From an uncultured Bacilli bacterium (GTDB lineage: Bacteria; Bacillota_I; Bacilli_A; RF39; UBA660): a stretch of DNA of 64,000 nucleotides. Both the position numbers and the translations under genes were made by a program. Positions 9,359 to 19,106 of this stretch are shown here, piece by piece. The notes beneath the pieces were generated by a model, which was given only the letters and a program-made list of their open reading frames with translations, did not search any database and had not been told where the DNA came from. How positions within the stretch are numbered: the stretch's first letter is position 1; every line of letters begins with the position of its first letter. The stretch lies in contig CAKOLW010000001.1 of the NCBI GenBank assembly GCA_934096405.1, positions 7,046-71,045 on the forward strand, given 5' to 3'.

Positions 9359-10102
9359 TTAAGACACTTTTCTATGTTGTATTTTAAATAATATAGAAAG
9401 TACTAATTTAGTTGGTAAAAATCTACTAAAGAATACACCTAATTTTACTTTAAAGCCTGGTACTATAATTAATTTATTCTTTAAACATTTATCAATAGCA
9501 TACTTAGCAACATATTCACTGCTTAACCCTTTTATACTAAATGTTCCAATTGCTACTTTATTAAAATTAGTATTAACTGGTCCAGGACATAATATGCTTA
9601 TATGAATATTTTTATTCTTCTTTTTAAGTTCTTTATATAAACCTAAAGAATAACTTCTAACATAATTTTTAGTAGCATAGTATGTATTTAACATAGGTCC
9701 TCCAGGCATAAGGCCCGCACTTGAACTAACATTTAAGATGTGTCCATTATCCATATATTCTAAACAAGTCTTAGTTATTTTATGTAAAGCAACTATATTA
9801 ACATTAATCATTTCTATTTCTCTATCTAAACTAATTTCATCATAAAAACCAAAGGCACCAAATCCTGCATTATTAATAACAAAATCAGGTTTTTCTTTTA
9901 GTATATATTCACAAAGTTTATTAACATTATCATTATTACTTAAATCACATACATAAACACTTGAATTAATTAAAGCTTTAGAAACACTTTCTAATTTATC
10001 TTTATTACTACTAACTAATATTAATTCATTTTCTTTACTACTTAAATATCTAGCCATATCTCTACCAATACCACTAGAAGCTCCTGTTATTAAAATTTTC
10101 AT
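9359..10102 (-). CDS. SDR family oxidoreductase
   Basis: MKILITGASSGIGRDMARYL Rossmann motif, NNAGFG, and the Y..K catalytic pair (YYATKNYVRSY). Hydrophobic C-terminal tail. Confidence 0.85.
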   Translation of the reverse strand: MKILITGASSGIGRDMARYLSSKENELILVSSNKDKLESVSKALINSSVYVCDLSNNDNVNKLCEYILKEKPDFVINNAGFGAFGFYDEISLDREIEMINVNIVALHKITKTCLEYMDNGHILNVSSSAGLMPGGPMLNTYYATKNYVRSYSLGLYKELKKKNKNIHISILCPGPVNTNFNKVAIGTFSIKGLSSEYVAKYAIDKCLKNKLIIVPGFKVKLGVFFSRFLPTKLVLSILFKIQHRKVS

Positions 10103-10158
10103 ATTATCACCAATATAATAATATCATCTTTTCATAAAGAAAAAAAGTGGAAAGCCAC

Positions 10159-10974
10159 TTAACCTAATAATACATCTAAACACATCATGAATGAAAATCC
10201 CACTAATGTAAATAATGCCATTAATTTTTTTGATTTATTTGCCTGACTTTCAGGTATTAATTCTTCCACAACAACATATATCATCGCACCTGCTGCAAAA
10301 CATAGAAAGAATGGTAAAATGTTTCTTACTTTAACAACAAGCAATGCACCAATTACTCCACTTATAGGTTCTACTATTCCACTAAGTTGTCCATAAAAGA
10401 AAGCTTTTTTAACACTAAACCCTTCTCTTCTGAGTGGTAAACTAACTGCACTACCTTCAGGAAAATTCTGTAAACCTATACCTAAAGCAAAGACTAATGA
10501 AGACAGCAATAATTTTTCAGTCATACCATACATTAAAGAACCAAATGATATACCTACTGCTAAACCTTCTGGTATATTATGTAATGTTATACTAACTATT
10601 AATAATAAACTTCTTTTAAAACTACCTGTATCTACTCTTTTAGATTTTTTAAGTATCTTATCACATACTTTATCACCCAAGAACAATATAACCCCACCAC
10701 TCATAAATCCAAATATAGCTATTAAAACAGAATTTTTATTAAGTTCATTTGCAAGTTCAATACCAGGATCTAAAAGTGACCAAAAAGATGCGGCAATCAT
10801 AACACCTGCTGCTATACCAAGCATTGCATCCATAACATTCTTATTAACTTTCTTAAAAAAGAAAACTATACTAGCACCTAAAAGTGTCATTAACCAAGTA
10901 AATGTAGTCGCAATTAAAGCCAATATAACTGGATCAACATTTATTAAATTACTCAACATAACCAATATCACCAC
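10159..10974 (-). CDS. zupT: ZIP family metal (zinc) transporter
   Basis: Eight-TM pattern with paired HNIPEGLAVG and QNFPEGSAV ZIP signature motifs. Confidence 0.85.
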   Translation of the reverse strand: MVILVMLSNLINVDPVILALIATTFTWLMTLLGASIVFFFKKVNKNVMDAMLGIAAGVMIAASFWSLLDPGIELANELNKNSVLIAIFGFMSGGVILFLGDKVCDKILKKSKRVDTGSFKRSLLLIVSITLHNIPEGLAVGISFGSLMYGMTEKLLLSSLVFALGIGLQNFPEGSAVSLPLRREGFSVKKAFFYGQLSGIVEPISGVIGALLVVKVRNILPFFLCFAAGAMIYVVVEELIPESQANKSKKLMALFTLVGFSFMMCLDVLLG

Positions 10975-11008
10975 TATAAGTTATGTCATAATTTTATAAT
11001 TGTATAGG

Positions 11009-11758
11009 CTATATATTTATTTTTTTATCAACTGTTTTATTACTACTCTTTAAGAATTTAATAACATAATCTGTTACTTCTTCTCTTCTTTTACTTCTAA
11101 AAATATCATGATTAATACCCTTCACTACTAATAAATATTTTTCTTTACTCTTAATATTATCATAAACATAATTAGCACTAGACATAGGTACTATTATATC
11201 TTTAGTTCCTTCAATTATTAGAGTTGGTGTAAATACATCCCTCACACATGGATAATAAGTTTTAACTAATTCAATAAACTCTTTAACTGCATTCGCAGGC
11301 ATCCTTAAAAATCTAGAAATAACTTCTTCTCCAGAATACTCTTTAATAACATCCATACTAGTTTTAAATGAATCAATTAAATTCATATTGTCATTTTCAA
11401 CTTTTAAATAATGAAATGCGGGTGCTGCCAAAACTAACTTTTTAATTTCTTTATATTTACTTGCAACATAAGCACTCATTACTCCACCCATTGAATGGCC
11501 TATTACATAAATATTTTTATAACCAAAATTAATTAACATCTCTACATGTTCTTCACATGATTTAATCCAATCTTCCATTTTAATCTTAGTAGCATTAGTA
11601 TCGTGTCCTGGTAATGTAAAAGAATAAACATCAAAATTATGAACTAATTCTAATCTATTAGCCAAATATTCTTCATCATAAGTTCCTCCTCCAAATCCAT
11701 GTATAATTAAAATTGCTTTTCTATATCTCATATCGTTCTCCCTAATATAATTATACAA
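11009..11758 (-). CDS. alpha/beta hydrolase (carboxylesterase type)
   Basis: IIHGFGGG oxyanion region and GHSMGG nucleophile elbow. 249 aa. Confidence 0.8.
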   Translation of the reverse strand: MYNYIRENDMRYRKAILIIHGFGGGTYDEEYLANRLELVHNFDVYSFTLPGHDTNATKIKMEDWIKSCEEHVEMLINFGYKNIYVIGHSMGGVMSAYVASKYKEIKKLVLAAPAFHYLKVENDNMNLIDSFKTSMDVIKEYSGEEVISRFLRMPANAVKEFIELVKTYYPCVRDVFTPTLIIEGTKDIIVPMSSANYVYDNIKSKEKYLLVVKGINHDIFRSKRREEVTDYVIKFLKSSNKTVDKKINI

Positions 11759-11811
11759 GATAAACTATTTTATTAAAAGAGGTTTTTTGCTATATTTAAC
11801 TTGGTATTAAT

Positions 11812-12459
11812 ATGAAAAATAAACTTGTGTTTAAAATATTTTTTTACTTAATAATAGGGATATTAATTATAATAACTTTATTAGTATTGTTTTGTTATCC
11901 TGGAGTAGGAAAAATACCTAATAAAGATAAAAGAAATAAGTATAGTGAATTAGACTATTACTCAAATAACAAATTTCATAATATAGAAGATACTACACTC
12001 ATGACAGGTAGACAAAATGAAGGTGGTAATAGTATCAAACCAAATAAAACTATTAAAGCTATTAAATGGAATAGTTACGAAATTGATAGAGAATTCACTA
12101 TAAACTGGTTAGGTCACTCTTCATACTTATTCAAATGTTATCAAAATACACTTATAGTTCCTGTTTTAACAAATTATGTTTCTCCTTTCAATTTTGTAGG
12201 TGTTAAAAGATTTAGTGAAGTTCCAATAAATCCTGAAAACATACCAGATATTGATATTTTACTTATATCTCATGATCATTAAGATCACCTTGATTATCAA
12301 ACTACAGAGAAAATAGACAGTAAAGTTAAAAATTATATATTACCACTTGGTGTAGATAGTTATCTATTATCATTTGGTGTAAATAAAGAAAAAATACATA
12401 CTCTTAAATGGCGGGAAAATATAACAATTATAGTAGTAAATGATGGAAAGATTATTTAA
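11812..12459 (+). pseudogene. MBL-fold metallo-hydrolase (NAPE-PLD-like) interrupted by in-frame TAA and C-terminally truncated
   Basis: N-terminal TM plus WLGHSSYLFK. The frame reads ISHDH-TAA-DHLDYQ, so the stop at 12280-12282 sits at the x of the HxHxDH zinc motif. The frame then continues to 12459. Confidence 0.6.
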
Positions 12460-12547
12460 ACAACTAATTTACAAAATATGTCTGTAAAAATTGTAAAAAA
12501 AATAAATATTTTTCTTAGAAACATGATATAATAATAGTGGTGATAAT

Positions 12548-12946
12548 ATGAAAAAGGAAAATTTAAAAATAGTTGGTGCTATGGTAGGTGGTGCACTAGT
12601 AGGTGGAGCAGCTGGTATTCTATTTGCACCTAGAAAAGGATCTGAAACAAGAGAAAAAATTAAAGATTCTATTAATAGTTTGTTAGAAAAAACTCAATCA
12701 ATTGACAAAGAAGACATAAAAAAATATATCGAAAAAGAATTAGAAAAGATTGATTTAGAAATAGTTAGACTTGATGAACTAGATAGTTATAAAAAAGCTA
12801 AAAGACAAGCTAAAAAAATACTTAAAAAAATAGACAAACTTATTAAATATACTAAGAAAAAAGGCATGCAAGATTTTGAAGATTTAACTAATGAACTAAG
12901 AGAAAAAGCTGAAGAAATATCAGAAGAAATACTAACAAACTTATAA
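12548..12946 (+). CDS. YtxH-domain general stress protein
   Basis: GAMVGGALVGGAAGILFAPRKGSETREKIKDS is the YtxH/DUF948 signature. The remainder is coiled-coil-like. Confidence 0.7.
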   Translation: MKKENLKIVGAMVGGALVGGAAGILFAPRKGSETREKIKDSINSLLEKTQSIDKEDIKKYIEKELEKIDLEIVRLDELDSYKKAKRQAKKILKKIDKLIKYTKKKGMQDFEDLTNELREKAEEISEEILTNL

Positions 12947-12985
12947 AAATAGTATTGTTGTTAACTCAACAATACTATTTTCTTT
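12947..12985. terminator. bidirectional rho-independent terminator
   Basis: 13-bp perfect stem AATAGTATTGTTG / CAACAATACTATT with loop TTAACTC and T-rich flanks. Sits between convergent genes. Confidence 0.6.
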
Positions 12986-13568
12986 CTTTATTATAAACTT
13001 TTGCAATTACAATTAATCCCACGAAAGCAATTATAAATCCAAAGAATAAACCAATTATTAAAGCATCATTTCTATAATATTTAGTCAAAACTTCCTCTAC
13101 TTTATCTACTTTATCTTCACTTTGATAAAGTCTTAAAAATGTTTTTAATAAAGTTTCCTTATTATTTTCATTAAAAGTTATAAAGTAAGAATCACCTACT
13201 ACCATAAAAGGAACATCTGAAGATCTACTTTGCAAATAGTCTATTGTATTAGTAAATAACTCTTTATTATCTTCATTAGTATAAATTTCATAACTTTTTA
13301 TTTTAAAGAATTGACCATATTCTTCACATATTTCATTCAAATAATTTAATAAATTTAGGGTTTTTGATTCTCCATATTGTTTAAATAAATATATAGTTGC
13401 CTGTTTATCATTTTCCTCATAATTAGGACACTTAATTTCAATATTTTCTTTTTTTAATGATTCAATTAATCCTTCACTCTTAATTTCAGCTTTTAATATA
13501 AATGGATTAAACATAATCAATAAAAATAATATTATAATCTTTTTCACATTTCCTCCATTATCTTCCAT
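12975..13568 (-). CDS. hypothetical protein with N-terminal signal/anchor and C-terminal TM helix
   Basis: ORF of 197 aa. N-terminal IIILFLLIMFNPFILKA, C-terminal LIIGLFFGFIIAFVGLIVIAKVY. Overlaps the upstream gene by 11 nt. Confidence 0.4.
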   Translation of the reverse strand: MEDNGGNVKKIIILFLLIMFNPFILKAEIKSEGLIESLKKENIEIKCPNYEENDKQATIYLFKQYGESKTLNLLNYLNEICEEYGQFFKIKSYEIYTNEDNKELFTNTIDYLQSRSSDVPFMVVGDSYFITFNENNKETLLKTFLRLYQSEDKVDKVEEVLTKYYRNDALIIGLFFGFIIAFVGLIVIAKVYNKERK

Positions 13569-14859
13569 ATCTATAGTTATACTTAATTAAAACTTTAACA
13601 CCCTCATCTTTTTCCATATCATCAATACTTTTACCAGTTTTCTTTTCAAACTCTTCACGTGACAAATATTCATCAAATACTTCATTTGAATGAAGCATAA
13701 AATAAGCACGATATCTTTGATGTATGTCAGTTTTCTCTTGTCTATAACTTTTATTACTATCATTCAATGCTGAAGTTTCATACCAAGCTGACCAAGAAGT
13801 AAAAGTAGTTAAAGCCTCGTCTTTATATGGATAAGTTCTAGAAGGCATAGTATAGAAACTAGAATATTTTCTTTCTACACCATTGTACCATCTCCATAGA
13901 GTATCAACATATCTATACATAGTTACAGTATCACTATCTTTTTTTGTATACTTTACCTTATCTTCCTCATTCTCTATTGAAGGCGTATAATTACCCTTAT
14001 TATAATATACTTTATTGCCATCTCCATCCTCATAATACCACTTATATGCTATAGAAGAACTAATTTTTCTATAACTTTTAACTTCTGGATAGTTACTACT
14101 CCACTCACTAGGATCACTTTCAATCGCAGTATTAATATCTTTTTTTGAATAACCTGTTGGTTGTTCTGAAGAAAAATCAGAATAATCAGAATTATTATTA
14201 CTATAAAACTTCCATTCTTGATCTCTATAACTATAGTATGTTTTCTTTTCTGTTTCGTAAGTAATTAATTCTCCTGGAGTTGGAATCTTAGGCCATCTTA
14301 CTTCATCTAAAGGCATATTAACCCCCCATTCAGATTCTTCAGTATTTATATATTTACCTTCAATCCAATTAGTCCAAGCTGTATAGTTTTTTGTAACTTC
14401 ATAATAATTAAAAGAAACATCAACATCTATTAACTTTTTATCTTCTGGGTATTTTTCAGTATAATTACTCATACTATATCTTTTATCAGTAGTACAATAA
14501 GAACAATTTTTCAAATCAAAAGTTTTTATATATTCTCCATCAGCTTTAGTAATTTTAACATTTCCAGTACATGTCTTTTTACCAACTTTAAATTCAGTAT
14601 CAGTTAGTTTATTAATATTTATTGTAACAGACTCTCCATTTTTACTAGGTAATAAATCATTACTACTAGCATATTGAAAAGCTGAATCCATGGCACTATC
14701 TTCTAAACTTATACACTTATTATTTTTAGTAGTACTAACTATAATAAACACTATAACAACTACTATTATTAAAACACTTAATATAATAATAGGTGTATAA
14801 TCTTTTTTTAAATCATCGCTTTTTTTATTTATTTTTGAATTAAAAATACTATATTTCAT
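13558..14859 (-). CDS. hypothetical membrane-anchored, Tyr/Trp-rich extracytoplasmic protein
   Basis: ORF of 433 aa. N-terminal TM (IIILSVLIIVVVIVFIIV). Very high Y/W/N/K content. No catalytic motif recognised. Confidence 0.45.
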   Translation of the reverse strand: MKYSIFNSKINKKSDDLKKDYTPIIILSVLIIVVVIVFIIVSTTKNNKCISLEDSAMDSAFQYASSNDLLPSKNGESVTININKLTDTEFKVGKKTCTGNVKITKADGEYIKTFDLKNCSYCTTDKRYSMSNYTEKYPEDKKLIDVDVSFNYYEVTKNYTAWTNWIEGKYINTEESEWGVNMPLDEVRWPKIPTPGELITYETEKKTYYSYRDQEWKFYSNNNSDYSDFSSEQPTGYSKKDINTAIESDPSEWSSNYPEVKSYRKISSSIAYKWYYEDGDGNKVYYNKGNYTPSIENEEDKVKYTKKDSDTVTMYRYVDTLWRWYNGVERKYSSFYTMPSRTYPYKDEALTTFTSWSAWYETSALNDSNKSYRQEKTDIHQRYRAYFMLHSNEVFDEYLSREEFEKKTGKSIDDMEKDEGVKVLIKYNYRYGR

Positions 14860-14917
14860 TTTTAAGACACCTCATCTACTATAAAATATATCATATTTTT
14901 GTATCAAAAACAACAAA

Positions 14918-16543
14918 TTACTCTTCACTTTCATTTAACATTTCATAATGAAGTACTATATCTCTATCATAATAAACAATTCTTCCACTAGGTAGTAAAA
15001 GCATTCTATTAATTCCTAAATTATCAACAAAATCCAGATTATGAGATACAACAAGTAAAGTACCCTCAAATTCTTTAAAAGTATCTGCAATTATCATTTG
15101 TGTCATAGGATCTAAATGGTTAGTAGGTTCATCTAAAAGAATTGTATTAGCCCCACCTAAACTTATTTTGGCAAGTGCTACTCTACTTCTTTCTCCCGGA
15201 GACAATACACTAACTTTTTTATAAATATCATCACCACTAAACAAGAAACTACCTAGTAACTTTCTAAGTTCATAATCCCTTAGATTATACTCACTAAAAT
15301 TATTTAAAATACTCTTATCTAAATCAAGTATCTCATGCTCTTGAGCATAATAAGATATATTAGTTTTTTCACCAACACAGATTTCTCCTTCAATAGGATT
15401 TAATTCTCCCATAATTAACTTTAAAAGTGTTGATTTACCAATACCATTTTCTCCTACTATCAAGAATTTTTCTCCCCTAGATATATCAAATGTTAACTTA
15501 TCATATAAAAGATTATCTAAGGTATAACCAAATGTAAGACTATTTGATTTAATAGGTATACTATAACTTGGATAATCTATATGCATCTTTATTCTAGCAT
15601 ACTTATTCTTTTTCTCTAACTCTACCTTTTCATTTTGTAATCTTTCTAACTTCTTAATTCTATCTTTAGCTATATTTGCTTTCTTTTCATTACCTCTTAT
15701 ATATTTACTAATAATTTTCTTAAGTTTTTCTTCTTCTTTAACTTGTTTTTCATGCAACCTTAAAGTAGCCTTATCTCTTTCATCTTTAATAGTTAAATAT
15801 TTTTTATAGTTACCATTAAATAGTTCTACTTTATGCTTTATTTTATCTACATATAAAGTTCTAGTAGTAACTTCATTTAAAAACTCTACATCATGCGAAA
15901 TAACAAGTACTAAACCTTTATACTTTTTTAAATAATTTATAATATAATCTTTAGTATCTAAATCTAAGTGGTTTGTAGGTTCATCTAATAATAGTATTTC
16001 AGGATTAGAATATAATAGTCTTGCAAATGCTACTTTTGATTTTTGTCCACCAGAAATATTTTTTAATTTTAAATCAAGTAATTCATCATTAATATTCATA
16101 CCACTTATTATTTTTAAAAGTATTCCTTCAGCATTATATTCATCGTAATATGTTAATTTATCTTCAACTTTAGATATTTCTTTATATTTAATGTTTAGTA
16201 ATTTTTCATCTGTAATACTACCAATTTCTTCATATAAAGAATTTAATTTTTCTTTTAATTCTTTAATAGGTCTACCTAAAAGTAAATAATCAAATACTGT
16301 GATATCATCACTTGGAATTTCATCTGTAATAACTTGTGGGAGGAATCCTATATTAATGTTATTTTTTAGTTTAATTCTACCACTATCAGGAACCAGTTTT
16401 CCAAGTATTAAATTAAATAATGTTGATTTACCAGCACCATTTACTCCCACTATACCTACTTTATCAGTATCATTAAATTGTACTGTAATATCATCAAAGA
16501 TTGTTTGTAAACCAAATGACATACTTAAATTTTCTATATACAT
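14918..16543 (-). CDS. ABC-F family ATPase (translation-associated, two tandem ABC domains, no TMD)
   Basis: Two Walker A sites (GVNGAGKST, GENGIGKST). Two signature motifs (LSGGQKSKV, LSPGERSRV). Charged inter-domain linker. Confidence 0.9.
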   Translation of the reverse strand: MYIENLSMSFGLQTIFDDITVQFNDTDKVGIVGVNGAGKSTLFNLILGKLVPDSGRIKLKNNINIGFLPQVITDEIPSDDITVFDYLLLGRPIKELKEKLNSLYEEIGSITDEKLLNIKYKEISKVEDKLTYYDEYNAEGILLKIISGMNINDELLDLKLKNISGGQKSKVAFARLLYSNPEILLLDEPTNHLDLDTKDYIINYLKKYKGLVLVISHDVEFLNEVTTRTLYVDKIKHKVELFNGNYKKYLTIKDERDKATLRLHEKQVKEEEKLKKIISKYIRGNEKKANIAKDRIKKLERLQNEKVELEKKNKYARIKMHIDYPSYSIPIKSNSLTFGYTLDNLLYDKLTFDISRGEKFLIVGENGIGKSTLLKLIMGELNPIEGEICVGEKTNISYYAQEHEILDLDKSILNNFSEYNLRDYELRKLLGSFLFSGDDIYKKVSVLSPGERSRVALAKISLGGANTILLDEPTNHLDPMTQMIIADTFKEFEGTLLVVSHNLDFVDNLGINRMLLLPSGRIVYYDRDIVLHYEMLNESEE

Positions 16544-16609
16544 AGTCTCACCTTATTTCTTATTAAGTTCAAAAAAAAGAATTAACAATTTGTAATTCTT
16601 CAAATCTTA

Positions 16610-16840
16610 TTATCTATTTATTTTAGTTTTTCTTTTTACTACATGTTCTTCACTAAAATCACACTCATTTATTTTTTCATTCAATATTTGTATAATTTTG
16701 TTAACTTCCTCTTGTGATCTATAACCCAAAATACTAATAATATAATTAGCCATTTCTTCTGGATTATTATACCTTTTCTTATATTCATAACCACATGTAC
16801 AAGGATATTCCCAACACTTAATGCATTCATATAATGACAT
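16610..16840 (-). CDS. small Cys-rich hypothetical protein (putative zinc ribbon)
   Basis: ORF of 76 aa with the motif CIKCWEYPCTCGYEY. Confidence 0.35.
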   Translation of the reverse strand: MSLYECIKCWEYPCTCGYEYKKRYNNPEEMANYIISILGYRSQEEVNKIIQILNEKINECDFSEEHVVKRKTKINR

Positions 16841-16854
16841 TAATATTCCCCCAA

Positions 16855-17202
16855 TTACTTTTTATACACTTTTTTATTTTCTTTCATTTTTCTTTTTTGC
16901 TTATTATAAAAATCATCTAAAACTGGTGTCATTTCACTAATAAATTTATTTTGTTGATTAATACTACCGTTTTTAGCTTTATTATATTCACTTTCAAAAA
17001 TAGTCCTTTTCATATTTTCTAAAGTTACTCTTTCATACAATTTACTACCAATAATAGGAATCTTAATCATCCACTCCTTAGAATTGTAAATATTACTTTC
17101 TTTATAGTCAGCAATGAATTGAGCAATATCATCCATCGTATAATTACTATTTTTCACAAAATACTCCCCCAACAAAAACAATATACATAAAATTTTTATC
17201 AA
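16855..17202 (-). CDS. hypothetical protein
   Basis: ORF of 115 aa. Real start is possibly MDDIAQF. No motif. Confidence 0.35.
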   Translation of the reverse strand: MIKILCILFLLGEYFVKNSNYTMDDIAQFIADYKESNIYNSKEWMIKIPIIGSKLYERVTLENMKRTIFESEYNKAKNGSINQQNKFISEMTPVLDDFYNKQKRKMKENKKVYKK

Positions 17203-17229
17203 TGAACTTATTGTTTTAAATTATTCAAT

Positions 17230-17304
17230 ATGGCAGGGGCAGAAGGATTCGAACCCTCGCGATCAGTTTTGGAGACTGAGATACTACCACTATATGATGC
17301 CCCT
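17230..17304 (-). tRNA. tRNA-Trp (anticodon CCA)
   Basis: Reverse-strand cloverleaf. Acceptor AGGGGCA/TGCCCCT. Anticodon stem TCAGT/ACTGA with loop CTCCAAA giving CCA. T-loop TTCGAAT. 3' GCCA. Confidence 0.85.
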
Positions 17305-17353
17305 AAATCAATTAGTATTATACTACATAAAAAACAAAAAAGGAAGAGCTTTT

Positions 17354-18409
17354 TTAGTTCTTCCTTAAATTTTTTAATTCACCCATTCTACTAGTAGGTA
17401 CATAACCTGGTTCACTATTTAGAACATCAGGTATTCTATTAACTATACTCGCGCAAGTTAATTCAACTGTACAAGGTCTATTAATAATCATTGTCGTATC
17501 AGCATCTCCATATATAGTCCACTCATTACTATCATAATCTGAACTACTGTAAACTTTACCAATACATTCAGTTTCTAAGGTAATGCCTTCCATAGTTTCA
17601 GTAGTTACTACCGCACTCATACCTGTACATTCACCTTTTTTTACTGTCATTCCTAAAGTACTAGAAAAAATATCTTCTTCTGCTATTTTAGGTACACATT
17701 TTTGAACTTGACTTTTTAAAGTAAGTCCAAGCTTATCTAATAACCAACCATTAACATTCCACATATATGATGGAAGAAATTCTCCCTTATTTATTAATTC
17801 TAAACGTTCTTCTTCACTTATATTATCAGCACTAGCAACACTTTTTTCAAAATCACTAACACTTAAACCAGCCCCATGCGCTTTAGCAAGTGCAATTCCA
17901 TAATCCTCAACATTATAACTACTACTACCTTTTATCTTTGTAATATTATGTGTGGCTCCACATAATGTAGAAATTAGATTACCCCAAAAAGCATCTTGGT
18001 ATCCACTTCCAGTAATAGTACAATTATTTTCTTTAGCTAATGTATCGATCTCATTAGTCAAAACAGGATTTGAATTCATTGGATAAAACGCTTCTTCACA
18101 AGTCGTAATAGCATTAATTCCTAAACGAGCACAAATAAGTAAAATATCTTTACAATCATTTAGTAAACTCATTGTAGTTACAATACATATATCTGGTTTA
18201 AGAATACTTAAATCCTCTTCTACTAAACTAGCATTTTTAATAGAAACTCCTAAATATTCTCCCTTGGTTACTACGGAAGCATCTTTCCCGACTATCTCGG
18301 GATTTATATCATAAGCGCCAACTAAGGTCATACCATTTTCTATAGCATATCTCATAGTATATTCGCTCATCTTACCGCAACCATATTGTACAAATCTTAT
18401 ATCTTTCAT
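17354..18409 (-). CDS. NAD(P)-binding dehydrogenase, DapB-N-like (2,4-diaminopentanoate dehydrogenase/amine dehydrogenase family)
   Basis: MKDIRFVQYGCGKMSEYTMRYAIENGMTLVGAYDINPEIVGKD is a Rossmann start typical of this family. AGGAGGG RBS sits before the ATG at 18409; the longer track start is probably not used. Confidence 0.5.
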   Translation of the reverse strand: MKDIRFVQYGCGKMSEYTMRYAIENGMTLVGAYDINPEIVGKDASVVTKGEYLGVSIKNASLVEEDLSILKPDICIVTTMSLLNDCKDILLICARLGINAITTCEEAFYPMNSNPVLTNEIDTLAKENNCTITGSGYQDAFWGNLISTLCGATHNITKIKGSSSYNVEDYGIALAKAHGAGLSVSDFEKSVASADNISEEERLELINKGEFLPSYMWNVNGWLLDKLGLTLKSQVQKCVPKIAEEDIFSSTLGMTVKKGECTGMSAVVTTETMEGITLETECIGKVYSSSDYDSNEWTIYGDADTTMIINRPCTVELTCASIVNRIPDVLNSEPGYVPTSRMGELKNLRKN

Positions 18410-18488
18410 ACTCCCTCCTATTATTAGTTTAACACACTTTTCACTCTTCACAAGACTTTATTCAAAATAACGTGTAAACTAATGTAAA

Positions 18489-19028
18489 TTATTCTGGTAT
18501 TCCATATATTTCTTTAACTGTATCATAAAAAATATAATTCTTAGGTGGTTTATAAGTTAAATAAGTAAATATAACATAAACAATAATTATAAGTGGAATA
18601 CTAACTATTTTAAGTACTTTATTATTTTCTTCCATTAAAAAGTAATAACTAATTATTGCCATAAAAATATAAATTAAAAATAATAATCCTATTGACACCA
18701 CCATATTTTCTCCAATTAAACTATATATAGGCAAATAAATTATAAGATAAAAAAGAACACCTAAAATAGGTACAAAAGCTAACTGAAATAAAAAATTATT
18801 TCTTATAATACCATTTTTACTTAATAACATATAATCAATAATTCCATATAAAAGATAAGAAGTAACTATAATTTTCATATGTTCCCATATACTTTCATTT
18901 ACAGGAAATATTATTGAAAATATAACATTTGGAAACCATTCATACGCAAAATGACATAAAAATGATATTAAAAACACTCCAAATACAGATATAACTTTAA
19001 CTTTTTTTATATTCATAACATTCACCAT
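18489..19028 (-). CDS. hypothetical integral membrane protein
   Basis: ORF of 179 aa with about 5 predicted TM helices. No motif. Confidence 0.45.
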   Translation of the reverse strand: MVNVMNIKKVKVISVFGVFLISFLCHFAYEWFPNVIFSIIFPVNESIWEHMKIIVTSYLLYGIIDYMLLSKNGIIRNNFLFQLAFVPILGVLFYLIIYLPIYSLIGENMVVSIGLLFLIYIFMAIISYYFLMEENNKVLKIVSIPLIIIVYVIFTYLTYKPPKNYIFYDTVKEIYGIPE

Positions 19029-19106
19029 TTATTATTATGCTTATCACTATAAGATTTATGAGTAAATTTATATAAAAAATAACATATAATTAAATGAGGT
19101 ATAATT

